Positions 1 to 13,924 of a stretch of 64,000 nucleotides of DNA are shown here, piece by piece (position 1 is the first letter of the stretch; each line of letters starts with the position of its first letter). Source of the stretch: the human T2T-CHM13v2.0 reference genome, Homo sapiens; assembly GCF_009914755.1 (NCBI RefSeq), contig NC_060934.1; one strand, written 5' to 3'. Both the position numbers and the translations under genes were made by a program. A model generated the notes under the pieces. That model searched no databases. It was not told where the DNA came from and saw nothing but the letters and a program-made list of their open reading frames with translations.

Positions 1-544
1 TCAACACACAATTGGAATCTTAAATCATTTTTGTTTTGATTTTTTTATGATTCTCGTTTTTCCATTTTTCTCACTAGTTTTTGGTGTTGTTGTCACTGAG
101 AAACTTCAACAACTTGTTTTTCTATTTCCTTAAAATACATGAGTTCATATTTTTCACATTATATCCTTTAGTTAGATACTTTGTTTTATCCTTCATTTAT
201 AAAATTTTTCAGGAAGACTTATTATAATCATAATCAAACTTTGGCAGTAACTCCACTTTCTGCACTGTTGTTTATAACAGATGTTTCATTTACTTTATCA
301 CCATAGACCATGGGGAGTAGTGGTAGGTCTAACACTTGTTTACTTGTTGAAATTTTAATCTCATTGCAATTAAACTCAAAATCACCAAAAAATAATAATA
401 AAATATCTGTGAACAGCAAATGGAAGAGATAGCTGTCCATTCCAGTCTAGTTCTGTTGTCCATTGAGTTTTATTATTAAGCTTATAAGAAAAAAATGTAC
501 TATAGAGCTTTTCAGAATTGTGGAGTTGTATTCATTTATTTATG

Positions 545-705
545 AGGCAGGCATTATAATTATCTCCTTTTTACAGATGAAGAAACAGAGTAATAGAAAA
601 ATTAAGTAAATTCCCTTTTTCATACATATAGTGTTGGGAGTAGAGACAGACTTAAAACTTGGGCAGTCTGACTCCACAACCCTTACTATTAACCTCTCTA
701 CTAGA
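545..705 (-). mobile_element. MIR SINE fragment
   Basis: MIR core 'ttttacagatgaagaaacagag...ggcagtctgactcca...cttactattaacc'. Confidence 0.75.
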
Positions 706-1830
706 TTGTCCCTCTATGCATTTTGACTTCTCTGTTTTCTTTTGTTGCCTCTTTATCATGTTCTTTATTTAGCCTATTTGTGGCTCAAGAAAGTGACATT
801 ATTACCTTTCACTACCCTCATGAAAGTGATTTAGGATATCATAACATTCAAGACAGGATTGATTGAATTCTGTAGAACAACCAATTATTTATCATTTAGC
901 CCCCCAAAAAACAGTCAGTTTGGGCTTAACTTCCATTTATGAACTTAGATATCTAAGTTTGATTCTCAAAGTTTTGTGTGTATGAAAATATAGACATATT
1001 AGTTATGACTTAGGAAGTAAATAGAAATATGATACAAATGAGTCTTACAAATAAAGCTTAGAATGGGAGAATGAGGAGGAGGTTGGTATCTTTTGCCTGT
1101 TTTACAAATCAGAAAGTAAAAATAGGATTTGATGACAACAACATAGGCATACAATATATTTTCTTCTTTCACTAGCCGATGAGAACTTCCTTAGTCATTC
1201 TTTATACTTTTTTCTTAATGTAAATATGACAAGCCCAACACGCAAAAACACAAAATACTATGTGTATACCTTGCCACACAATAAACTTCATTGATCTGAA
1301 ATGTAACTTCTATGTATTTAAACTCTCTAAACACTTGGATTTCTAGGTCTTGTTGAAGTGTTTGTCTGTATTTTAGGAATGGAAACATACTGTCTAAACT
1401 TCAAACTTGTGTATGTTGCGTGTGTGTTTTAGAACATATTAGCCTTCAAAGACTATTCTTGTAAACCTTCTGCTATTGCACAATGGCAGCACATGTTTTC
1501 ATGAAAAAGCATGTTTGATGGAAAGTGGACTGAACTAGAATTGGGTTCTCATTTTTATGCCTAATACTGACACCAACTAGCTATGGGACCCTCACTCAAA
1601 CTACCTGAGCTACTTGGATAATAATACATGTAATGTGATTTCATTTTATTAAAAAGAAAGCTTGTTTACAAAATATAATAAAATATAATGTGTTACAGTT
1701 ATTACAATAATGATATGTACCTTATACATCATTTGGAAAATACATGAAAGCAAAAATTAAATCTTTTTAATAAAACAGAAATCCGAGATCATTAATAGAA
1801 AATTAGAGTGCAATAATATTTTTGTATGTC

Positions 1831-2209
1831 TGTCCTAGTCATTTCAAGCTGCCATGACAAAATACCATAGACTGGATCACTTAAACAACATATAGTTACT
1901 TCTCACAGTTCTGGAGGGTGAGAGTTCCAAGATCAAGGTGCTAGCCTATTTGGTTCTCTGGTGAAGACCCTCTTCCTGGCATACAGTTGGCCACCTCCTC
2001 ACTTTGTCCTTATATGGTGGTGAGACAAAGAGTAAGCTCTTTTGTGTCTCTTCTGTCAAGGCACCAATCTTATTATGAGGGCCTCAACCTCATGACCTCA
2101 TCTAAACTTAATTACTTCCCAAAGGCCCCACATCTAAATATCATCCATCACATGGGGGATTAGGGCTTCAACATGTTAACTTGGAGGTGACACAATTCAA
2201 TCCATAGCA
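1831..2209 (-). mobile_element. MaLR solo LTR (MLT1A-like)
   Basis: 'aaataccatagactgg...cacagttctggagg...ccaagatcaaggtgc...ttcaacat...caattcaatccatagca'. Confidence 0.85.
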
Positions 2210-3481
2210 AAGTTCATCCAGTTTTTTTTTTGTTTTAAAACTTAATTTTACTTCTTTAAAAAACATATTTCTGTTACATTTTACATGATTCAGAGATTCA
2301 GAATTTTTAGAAAATCAAGTGTTCCTCAACTCCTTCAATCCCATACCTCCCAGGTAACTAACATTAACAGGTTGGGCTATTTTTCATTCCATGGTTTTTC
2401 TGTTCTCACAAACATATAGAACTATGCATACACTTATGTAGGATATTTTATTTAATTTTTATGGAATTATATTTTACATATTTTTCTACAACATGTACAG
2501 GCCTAGTTTCTGTACATGTAGTTCTACCTTATTTAATAGACGACTGATAATCTGTAGGGTAGTTGCATTAAAATTACTCAGCCTTTCTCTCTTTAATATA
2601 GTTTCAAATTGTTTCCAACATATAGCTGCTAAAACATTTTATAAACAATAAAAAGCTACATATATGTTCAAGTTACAAGAATATTTTAAAATTTGTTTGC
2701 ATGCTGTACTCTTGTATTTTCATGTACTTAATCTTTTTCCCAGTCATCAAGAGGCATCTGTCTAAGAATGAGGTTAGGGGGTGATAAAATTGTTCAAACA
2801 AGAATACAAAATGAAAGAGGATTAATATTCCATTTCTAACATAAAATTTTTAGATCATCAGCAAAGCAATCTATTTGACAGACTATTGATTTCATTGTAT
2901 TCCCTCTTTACAGAGACAGACTTCAGGATCAGAGAAGGAAAACATGAAATTCAGAGATGAAAAACCCAAAGCTCACCTTTTGTGCTTCTTCTTTGTTGTA
3001 TAGAGAACAGGGACAAGGGAATAATTAGATCAGATTCCAAGCTCCCCTCTCATCCTGGCATGTGAGTGTGTGTTGGGGTGGGAAGAGCAGGAATATTTAT
3101 TCTGTAACACATAGATAGGTATGGAACAGTCCAAATCATTGAGTCTAATGGCACACTTGACTGGATTTAGTAGTTGGAGTTTCTAAGCTTTTGAAAAAGC
3201 TGCAACTGTGGCCATTTCCCACATGACACAAGGCAATGGCACAACAACCATATGCAATAGGTGAAATAAAAGCAGCGTTCCTAATTCTCAATGACCATAC
3301 ACAGCAAGAGACCTAGTAGTGACTAAGTGTATCAGTAAGAAAACTCAGAGGTGCAGAGAGGGGCAGTGAACCCTCAGAAGGCTAAAGTTGATGTGAAGAA
3401 GTCACTTTAAGATGGGAGCCAATGTGCAGACCATCTAAATATCCTTAAATGTGTGAATGAATAAACAAACTGTGGTTCGTC

Positions 3482-5155
3482 TGTATTAGACTGTTCTCAC
3501 ACTGCTATAAAGACATACCTGAGACTGGGTAATTTAAAAGGAAAGAGGTTTAATTGACTCACAGTTTAGCATGGCTGGAGAGGCCTCAGGAAACTTACAA
3601 TTACGGCAGAAGAGGAAGCAAACACATGCTTTTTCACATAATGGCAAGAAGTAGAAGAATGAGAACCGAGCAAAGGGGGAAGCCCCTTATAAAACTATCA
3701 GATCTCATGAGAACTTACTATCATGAGAATAGCATGGGGGAACTGTCCCCATGATTCAATTACCTCCCACCAGGTCCCTCCCACCACATATGGGGACTAT
3801 GGGAACTAAAATTTAAGGTAAGATTTGGGTGGGGACACAGCCAAACCATGTCATTCCAACACCAGCCCCTCCCAAATCTCCTGTCCTCACATTTAAAAAC
3901 ACAATCATACCTTTGCAACAGTCCTCCAAAAAGTCTTAGCTCATTCCAGCATTAACCCAAAAGCCCAAGTCCAAAGTCTCATTTGAGACAAGGCAAATCC
4001 CTTTCACCTATGAGCCTGTGAAATCAAAAGCAACTTAGTTACTTCCTAAATACAATGGAGGTACGGGCATTGGGTAAAAACACCCATTCCAAATGAGAGA
4101 AAATTCGCCAAAACAAATGGGCTACAGGCACCATGCAAGTCCAAAATCCAGCAAGGAAGTAATTAAATCTTAAAGCTCCAAAAGAATCTCTTTTGACTCC
4201 ATGTTTCACATCCAGTTCACACTGATGCAAGAGGTGGGCTAAGCACAGTAAGAGTCACCTTTGCTCCAGTTCCCAACAAGTTCTACATCTCCATCTGAGA
4301 CCACCTCAGCTTGGACTTCATTGTCCATATCACTATCAGCATTTTGGTCAATCTTTAGGAAGTTCCAAACTTTCTCACATCTTCCTGTCTCTGAGCCCTC
4401 CAAGCCTTGCTTAAAATTTCTTCTGCCAGATACCCTAAATCATCTCTCTCAAGTTCAAAGTTCCACAGATCCCTAGAGCAGGGGCACAATGCTGCCAGTC
4501 TGTTTGCTAAAGCACAGCAAGAGTGATCTTTGTTCGCTCCAGTTCCCAATAAGTTCCCCATCTCCATCTGAGACCACCTCAGCCTAGATTTCATTGTCAA
4601 TATCACTATCAGCATTTTGGTCAAAACCATTCAACAAGTCTCTAGGAAGTTTCAAACTTTCCCACATCTTTCTGTCTTCTTCTGAGCCTTTCAAACTGTT
4701 CCAATCTTTGCCTGACCCGGTTCCAAAGTTGCTTCCACATTTTTGGGTATCCTTATAGCAGCACCCCATTCTACTGGCACTGATTTACTGTTTTAGTCCA
4801 TTCTCACACTGCTGTAAAGAACTGCCCAAGGCTGGCTAAACTATAAAGGAAAGAGGTTTAATTGACTCACAGTTTCACAGGGCTCGGGAGGCCTTGAGAA
4901 ACTTACAATCATAGCAGAAGAGAAAGCAAACATTTCCATCTTCACATGGTGGCAGGAAGGAGAAGAACCGAGTTAAGGGGAAAGCCCCTTATAAAACCAT
5001 CAGATCTCTTAAGAATTTACTATCACAAGAATAGCATGGGGGAAATCGCCCCCATGATTCAATTACCTCCCACCGGGTCCCTCCCACAACACTTGGGATT
5101 ATAGAAAGTACAATTCAAGATGAGATTTGGGTGGGAAGACAGCCAAACAATATCA
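3482..5155 (-). mobile_element. THE1(D-like) MaLR provirus: LTR 3482-3853, shortened internal region 3854-4788, LTR 4789-5155
   Basis: Two ~370-bp THE1-type LTRs; 5-bp TSD tcgtc (3477-3481) / tcatc (5156-5160); THE1-int motifs. Confidence 0.92.
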
Positions 5156-7819
5156 TCATCTTTTGGCACCTAAAGTTTTTTTTTAAATATTGGAGATCTA
5201 ACGTGCAGTATGCTGACTATACTGTACGTTAATATAATGTATTATGTATAATACTTGACATTTACTAAGACTGCTGCCCCTAGCTTTCTAATGCTTTGCT
5301 GAATTACCTCTCCTGTAGCCTCACCAGATTGTTAACTCAATCTATGCTGACCCACTCCGCAGTGATCTGAAATTCACTCTCTCACTGAGCAATCCAGGCC
5401 AAATTCCAACAGTTTTACCTTATAAGGTGCTTCTTTTCTATTGAAAATTTCCTCCGTATTTTATTAAAGCTCCATTAAAAGCAACCATCTATGAATTGAC
5501 AAGAATCACTTTCATCCTTCATTTCAGCCTTCTCAATATTTCACATGGCCATATTGGGCTACTCTGGCTGCCACTTCTTCCCACAGGATACCACTGATAT
5601 GGCTGACATTGACATTGTACCTGCTTTCCCAGCTGTCCTAGGGTGATAATACAGCAGCCTCAAATCTGGGCACAGAACTACACATCTGCATGCTGGTGGC
5701 CTGCTTCAAGAGAAAGCATCACTTTACATTCCAAAGCCCTCAAAAATCAAGGTTCTATTTCTTAATGGAAAAGCTACTAATGAGTAAGCTTTGGGTTCTC
5801 AAGGGATCTTATTTGATGAGACTGTTGACTTTCAACATCTATATTTATCTTACCAACAAAATTAATGTACATTGCTAAAAGCATTAATTGCCAATTAACA
5901 GGGCTTAACATGTTAAGATAAAATATTTCTCAAAAGTTTATTGCCAGATAATCACAGTGTAACCTGTGTCAGTACTTTATTCTCAAAGATGCTCAAGTTC
6001 AATATGGTGAAACTTATAATCTGAAAAATTTTTTTTGAGGTTTCTAAGAGTTGGGTCAAAAAATATAACACTTTTTTATAGTGTGAAAATTTTATATTTT
6101 CTAATTTGCCACTTTTTTCTTTCATGATTATTACTCAGAAAAAAATTTATTGTTTCTCTAAGATAAAATATTGGCATATTTTAGGACAGCCATTATTTAA
6201 GCCATAATAATACAATCAAAATAGGGAATATTGGAGTGTATTTATAGGCCCATAAGTAACCATAACTAAATTAAACTATTGGCATATTGCCAGGTGCCAC
6301 GATTAGAGGAAATTTTAATTAAAAACTCAATATGTGTGGATTTTTTGCTTAACTCATTTTCTACATGAATAATTCCCTTAAATTTCATATTTAAGCATGA
6401 ACTAAGTTCCTTAAACTTTTCAAAATGCCAGTATTTGTAAAGAGACTGCATTTCAGCCACAAAATACTCTATTATACAACCATAACCAATATTGTTTTCA
6501 ATGTGCATAGACCTCTTTTTCCCTATATTTCTTGTTATTTGTTACTGGTTGCTACTTTCGACTGTTGCTAAGAAAACCTTTGCTTAGAAAACACAGAATA
6601 TCTTGTAGAAGGAATTGTAACACCCAAATCACCTTCTCTTTCAGAGTTCAATGCTGTAGAATTTCTCTGAGAGCTTAAAATTTTCCAAAATGGGATCCTT
6701 ATGCAGGGAGGTCAGTAATGCCTCTTCCTTCCACTCCCAAGGAAGGGGAATCATCAAGATCCAGGGGCCAGTTACAGCCTCATTTTATACAGGTTGGGGC
6801 TGCACAGCTCTTTTCTCCAGACACCCTAGCACTGTTGGCAACCCCCGGCTGTCTGAGGGGCTGTGACTCTGAACTGTAGAGCTGTGACATCTGGGATTTC
6901 ATGCCCACAGTGCTGTGCATCAAACTTTGCTGAGTCTAAACTTTTTTTTTTTGTTTCAAAATTTAATTTTACTTTATTAAAAACACATATTCTTTCAACT
7001 TCACACAATACAGAGGTGTAACATTTTTAGAAAGTTAATAGCGTTCTTCAGGTCCTTGAATCCCATATCCCTCAGGTAGCTAAAGTTAACGGGATGGGTG
7101 AGGAAAGACGTTTTCTCTTCCTTTCCCTTCCTACCCACCTCAAAAACTACTGACTGGCCAGCAGAGATCTTATCTCAGCAAGTATCAGATACTGTCTGCA
7201 TCCCTACAGTGATTATTCTTTTCAACAGCAGTTTCTTCCAGCAGCAACACATTTCTCCAGTTCTTTTCTCTCAAGTATTGTCCTCTGAAGGACTTTTGAG
7301 TTTCACCAATGTTGTCTCTCCTGGGTGTGCTCTGAGAAGCTCTGACAGTGGGCTGGAGGGTGGGTGGAAATGTTCCCTGCTCATTTTCTTCCTGTAAGAA
7401 GTAAGTCTCTAGCTAATGGCTTGGCCAGGAGTCCTTTATATTCATAAGGTGGCAGGCCTGAGTGCCTACTCCAATGAATAGGTAGGAACAATCAGACTGA
7501 AATACTGGAGTCCAGAACCTATGGAGGGCTATTTTCCCAGCCAAGCTGGCCCTAATAGGAAGAGGATATTCTCCCAGAGTGAAGTTGAAAGCGTAAAGAT
7601 ATCAATCAGATTATTAAAGCAAATAGGATCTTATATTTACCTCAAGCTGGTACAATGGACATGCATTAACGAGAGCATCTCCGAACTCTACTTTGGTACC
7701 ACAACAAAGGTACAATTTTTTGGCAGACAGTTCACTGAAAAGAAAATATAAAAAGCAAAATATGCAAGTAAAATAAGGTGAAAAGGGGTACAGGCTTAGA
7801 ATCAGAAGGATCAATTCCA

Positions 7820-7990
7820 AAAAAAGGATACAGGCTTAGAATCAGAAGGACCCAGTTCAATTATACTGACTATTCAGGATGAGATTTGGGCAAATCACTT
7901 AAACTCACTATAGCTCAGATTTGAGGTCAATAAAATGTGAATGGAAGTAACTACCTTGAAAAGTTTTTATGCTGTCTAAATGAGATATTC
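7820..7990 (+). mobile_element. MIR fragment
   Basis: 'tttgggcaaatcacttaaactc...taaaatg...taaatgagat'. Confidence 0.6.
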
Positions 7991-8066
7991 AGTTCTTAAA
8001 AATGTCTTATCTCTTTAGTCTTATCTCTTTTCCAATTATACTGTTTCCTAAAATAATTAGCATGCC

Positions 8067-8359
8067 TTTTTTTTTTTTTTTTGAGACAGAGTCTCACTGT
8101 GTCGCCCAGGCTAGAGTGCAATGGCACAGTCTTGGCTCACTGAAACCTCTGCCTCCTGGGTTACAGCAATTCTCCTGCCTCAGCCTCCTGAGTAGCTGGG
8201 ATTTCAGGTGCGTACCACCACGCCCCATTAATTTTTGTATTTTTAGTAGAGACCGGGTTTCACCATGTTGACCAGGCTAGTTTCAAACTCCTGACCTTAG
8301 GTAATCTGCCCGCCTTGGCCTCTTAAAGTGCGAGGTGGCATGCGCCACCACACCCGGCC
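8067..8359 (-). mobile_element. AluS element
   Basis: poly(T) followed by reverse-complement Alu dimer; degenerate TSD agcatgcc/agcatacc. Confidence 0.97.
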
Positions 8360-9949
8360 AGCATACCATTTTTTTTTAACATTGTATAGTGACATGAAGC
8401 TGGTGTCATTAAGGAGAAACAAAGCAATAGTGACATCACATTTATAATAACATTTAATACTAGATGCTTGACAATCAATTTCTGAATTTTATCAGCAAAG
8501 TTGGAGTCAGAATTACCTGGCTCCACCACCTCTTATATTTATCAGTGAAGGCCTTAACTCTTTCCTTGATCAAAATTTAATCACAGTCTGAAGGAATATT
8601 GTACAGATTGAACTTCATACTAAAAGTACCCAGTGCATTAAGCCAATGAGATGCAAACCTTATAAAATTCCATTAAAATAAAAGTACTCATAAAATCAAG
8701 AAACCATTGGTGAGCCAACCATTGGTGGTGTGAAAACACCACCATGGAGAAGTCAAACTTATTTTCAGGGAAGAAATTGAAATTTACACACAGAATTGGG
8801 GATTTCAGACTTCATCTCAGAGTTGGTCTGCCTCAGAGGAAAATTTGTCATATGCTCATTCACCTGAAGAAAAATCTGTGCCTTCCTTACTTAGCAAGGC
8901 AGAAGGAACTTAACTAAGGTCAACTTAATTAAGTGTAACTCTTAATTCTATAAGTTCAACAAGTGGTAAGAACCATAGAGATATGCCAAGACCATTTCCT
9001 GGAGAGCTCAACCGGCATGAGGCTCTCCAGTCACACCCATATGTGCACCCACATGAACTCATGCCCAAGTCAGGAAAAGTGCCTATTGTCTGGCCTGGTG
9101 GTCTTATATGTGGCTATAAGGGAAAAGATGGTTAGAAAAGAAAAAGAAACAGTCTGACAAATAATTGCTGTATTATGCTTCTAAAAAGGATCCTTAATAT
9201 AAGACAAAAAAAGGGAACTCGAAGTTTGTACTTATGTAGTTGGGGTTTTGTTTGGTTGTTTGGTTTGGTTGGTTGGTTTTAATTCAATGTCTCAGGTAAA
9301 ACTGACATACCAACAGAAAATAAGGTCAGTAGCACGGGAGACTGAAATTAAATGTGTGTGTGTGTACAGCCATGAATGTGCTGCTTTCTTCTGTTAGACC
9401 CTTGATCGTCACCCCCAACACCATGTTCAGTTAAGGATCCTGGCACCTAAATTTGTATTTGCACAGCCTTCAAAAGGTATTTCTTTATTATGCTTCTCTT
9501 TTAGGGGATGATATCTAAAATATTAATAGTGTAAAAAAAATAGGCATAAAATTAAAAATGATAATGTCTCTCTGTAATAAAAAATACTTGCCTTATCCCT
9601 GAGTTTTTTTTAATAATTCCCATTTTTAATTATTTGTCATAGCTGGCTTATCATTTAGGAATTTTAGCCAAAATAAAACCTATTTAACTAAATTTTCCAA
9701 TAAAACCCTATGTTATAAAAATTATTTACACACCAGAATTTTTTGACATGACTGTTCTGTTCTGTGAAAATCATTTTGCCAGGTTATTCCAGTCTCTAGT
9801 TTGTTCGCCGCTATGTAACCAGCAACTAGTAAAGTGCCTAGCATGGAGTTTTCTTCAACTAAATGAATAAATAAATGTATGAGGGTTCACGACAGTAACC
9901 AAAGTATATGCTCTAGGTTTGGACTCTCACTCCCAGGATTGTGGAAACT

Positions 9950-10400
9950 CTCCCCTTGACATATTTCAGAAGTCTCCTACGGCTTCTCACATGAGTGTCC
10001 ATATTGCTCTGCCTTCCTTCCTGTTACAATAGAAGAACTGTTGATGCTCCCAGTGAAGACCAACCTTGACCCTTCTGCTCTAGATCCCATTGTCTCTGAC
10101 CTTGCTCTCCTGCATCAATAAGTTTGCTCTCTTGATTGGGTAATTCCTATCGTATATAATAACAACATACTGTAAGTTTTCTCGTCTAAATGAATAAAAA
10201 ATAAATACTTCTAACTGCTTTCTTAACTTCTATTGCTCCATTTCTCCGAATAGAAAAATTCTTTGCGTGGTCTGTCTGTCACTGATTGAGGGCTACAATA
10301 GACCCACCTCCTATTATCTTCTCCCCACCCCTTCCCACGCCTGCTGACACTACTGCATGACTTCCTTAACCCTAGGAATAGAGAGGTCATTCCTAATGTG
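9950..10400. mobile_element. L2 LINE fragment
   Basis: Pyrimidine-rich L2-like text 'tgctctagatcccattgtctctgacc'. Confidence 0.5.
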
Positions 10401-12547
10401 TGAAAAGTTCTACCTCTCTTTCCTTCTCTCTCATGCTTTATGTGTCGTGCTCTGCTGTTAGTACAACCATGAGCTACTTCTACTCCAGAGGCTGACTCTT
10501 TGGCCCCCCAGGTTCCTAAGCAACTGACCTGTTGATGATCTGGTCCCCTGCTCTTTACCCTGGGCTCTCCTTCCACTGCCCATCTCTCTTTACTTTGTGT
10601 GAACTCCAGCAGTACCCCCCACAAAGTGTGAATATCCCCCTCACACTGCACTCTGCTCAAACAGCCTTATCATGTGCTCCATATATCTAAAATATTTGGG
10701 TGAAATTGATATTGTTTTGCTTACATATTTTTCTTTATAGCTTTGTAAAATGTTTTTTTTTTTAGGGAATAGACAAATCTGAAGTATAATCTGTTTAGCC
10801 CACACTGTTGAATTAAAAATTATTGTTGCTTCCCTTTTACATTGGCTCGTCCTTCTTGCATCAAGCTTATATATCATGTTTTTCCTGAAGATTTACCTTC
10901 ACAAGAGTAGACCTGACCTTTATGGACATAGACCTCAGGGCCTCCCCTATATGTGCTTAAACACATGTAATTTTCAGGTTATTCATGGGCTGAGCTTGAA
11001 GACTATATGTTCCTGTTCATACATGTCTTAGAATTGTCAAACAAATGTTAATACATCTCACTGAACAAAAAAAGTGAAATTATAATTTTTGTGAAGTATC
11101 TAGTGTTATTTCCATGACTTAAGAGTAAAAAGATCAAATGGAAAAAAAATGAAGGAAGAAAGAGAAATGAGGGTAATCCAATGTTAATCATTTCCTGTCA
11201 TCCCAACATCCTACAAAGTCACACCCTGTCTAGTTCCTTAGCATCAGAGTCATCAGAGGGCCAATGTTTCTCAAAATTTTCTAGATTTCCTTTCATGTAT
11301 TACATAAGGTCTCTTACAGGCCTTTAATATTATATTAAATTCAAAATTAATCAAATGTCATGAATAAAGATAAATCAAAACAATGAAATGAACAATCACT
11401 TTATTTTCAAACTATTATCTATCGGCATGACCTGAGACTATTGTGGACATCAGCTGTCCATCATTGTATCTGAGTCTGCGTAGCAGAGCATTGTCCTTTT
11501 CTGAGCTTCTCTACATTCTGTGTATGCACAACAACCAGAAAGAGAGATACTTATAGGTTGGGAGTGAGGAAAGCTATAGGAGTTCATGTTTTAGTAGATA
11601 GAGCACGATAGAGACAGAGTAGCCAAACAGTAGTATTGACCATAATACCAAATAGATACAGAGGAATGGGTGTCAAAGAACATTCATGCATTTTTATTTG
11701 CAGGCTTAGTGTGAGGGCAATGTGATGTCACATGATGATGTGGTCATGGTGCTATAGTGAGAACAACGCGATGACGGCACAAGCCTTGAGCACATCCCTT
11801 CCCTGCTTTTCAGGGAATTCACCAGGCACGCCAGGTATATGAAGTCTGCTCTCTCATAACTCACAAACCACTGCCAATACTGCAGGGCTTTACCCCAAAT
11901 GGGTCCTATTCATCTACGCACCCTGCCTCATTTCACCTGTCCTGGGTAAAATCTTGTCCTCTGAGAGAGTTTTACCCAGGAAAGGTGAAGAGATGTTTGC
12001 TGACAGAGTTGTTTGCTTTAGAAATAAAATCTAAATAAAATAAGACATTTTAAATAACATGTAGAAGCAGGAGCAGAGTAGGTATGATTCAAAATAAATA
12101 CTAAATGATTAATTGGACAAGACACACAGTAACAAATGAAGTGAGAAAGCATTACAGTGATGGAAATATTAGACCAATAAATTCTGTAGAGTGAATCATC
12201 ATATCACGTAAAGTGAATACAATCACTGATGTAGCAGGATAAGGAACTATTACATTGCACTGATATTAGATCAAATCTCGGCTCTGCCAATTATTTTAAC
12301 TTTAGACATGCAATTTTGCCTTTTCGTACCAATGTTTTTCATCTTAAATTAAACTAATTCCTACTTTGTATAGTGTTGCATGTTTAAGTAAGGTGATATA
12401 TTTGAAAGCACCAGACAGATTCAAACTACAATCACTGTTGTTGCTGTCGCTGTTGTTCATTTCACTTTTACTATTTATATCCAATTATCATATTCCAGAA
12501 CCCGAAACAAATATTGAAGGCAGTTTCCAAAGTAACCACATATGCTA

Positions 12548-12637
12548 GTTGCACAACTCTGTGAGTATACTAAAAATTACTGAATTGTACACTTTAAATA
12601 GGTGAATTGTGTGATATGCATATCACAATAAAGCTGT
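12548..12637 (+). mobile_element. L1MB-type 3' end fragment
   Basis: 'gttgcacaactctgtgagtatactaaaa...tgaattgtacactttaaa...aataaagctg'. Confidence 0.75.
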
Positions 12638-13924
12638 TGTATACATACATGCATGAATTACACATTTACATGCCCATACACACACATATACATACACTTC
12701 TATGTTTATAACTCAATTATCCAGAAGTAAACACTGAGGGATCCAGAAGCAGTCTCAATACCTTTTCAGCATGTTAATGATGAGATTTTCAGGAGCAAGA
12801 AGATCAACCTGGGTCATAAGGACAGGCTACAAGTTTGAAAGGAATTTATCCTCCAAATAAACTGAAGCAGCCACTATCCACATCAAGTCATAAAAACCAT
12901 CTGTTCTCCCAGGCAGTTGTATAGCTCCTCTGCTCTGAAAATTGGGGAAAATGATGCTGCCAGTGAGGATTCATTTGTGCTATTGACATAAAAGGCTCTA
13001 TGTAGATATAAAATATCATTACGTTATTACACGCGGCCCAAAGTCCTTATCACTGATATGTATAGTGTCAAAAGCAATTTTTCCCACCTTGCTGCTCAGT
13101 GAAAATTGAAAAAAAAATATGCTCTTATTATTATTATTATTGCTAATTTATTTGGAGGATGTCAAATTTCATCCTCAAGCTGATTTACATATTTAAGAGT
13201 GTGACTGATATTATGATACTGTATTGTCCTTAAGATTATTTTATAAATGAGAATATCGAATAGGCAGTTTGTATTTTGGTCTTACTGTTATAGATCATGA
13301 TTTATTAAACAAATGTAAGTCATGTTATTTTCTTAGTTTTACAATCATGTCTTCCTCACATACTAGTATCTGCTAATTATGCTTCATAGAATACATGTCA
13401 GTTGTTGTAATTATGACTTACTCCTTCATTATTATGATCCATTCTTCTCACAATGTAGTCCACCTCTGGCAGCATTGAAGGGTCCTTGGAATGGTATCTG
13501 ATTAAAGTTGAACCAATCTAGAACCTTTTTGCCAAGGTTTTTACTAGGTAGAAATGAAAAAGGGTGCTCAGTGAGGGTGGAAGCAATGAGATTTCCTGTT
13601 CAAGAATTCCCAATGTAGCATTTCCCACCCTATAGATGAAGCTGGCCTGCACAGTGATAAAGTAGATGCAACAAGCATGAAAAAACAAAGCTGTACGTGG
13701 AATGAGTCCTGGCCCAGCATGCACCTAGGTTCATGGGCCCCTAAAGGCAAATTTCATCATTATACTTCCCAGTGGCAGGCACCAATAATTTCTCACTTTT
13801 AAATTTTCCTTCATTTCAAGCACAAAAGTTGTGACTAATAACACTTAACAACACTTAAAAGATAATGCTCTTCACAATTGTAGTAATCCGAAATTTAGCA
13901 TATATTTTTTAGAACTTGTCCTAT

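Noticed and set aside
10223-10660. 145-aa minus-strand ORF
   Set aside because: Non-ATG start, overlaps L2-like sequence, no recognisable domain or splice context.
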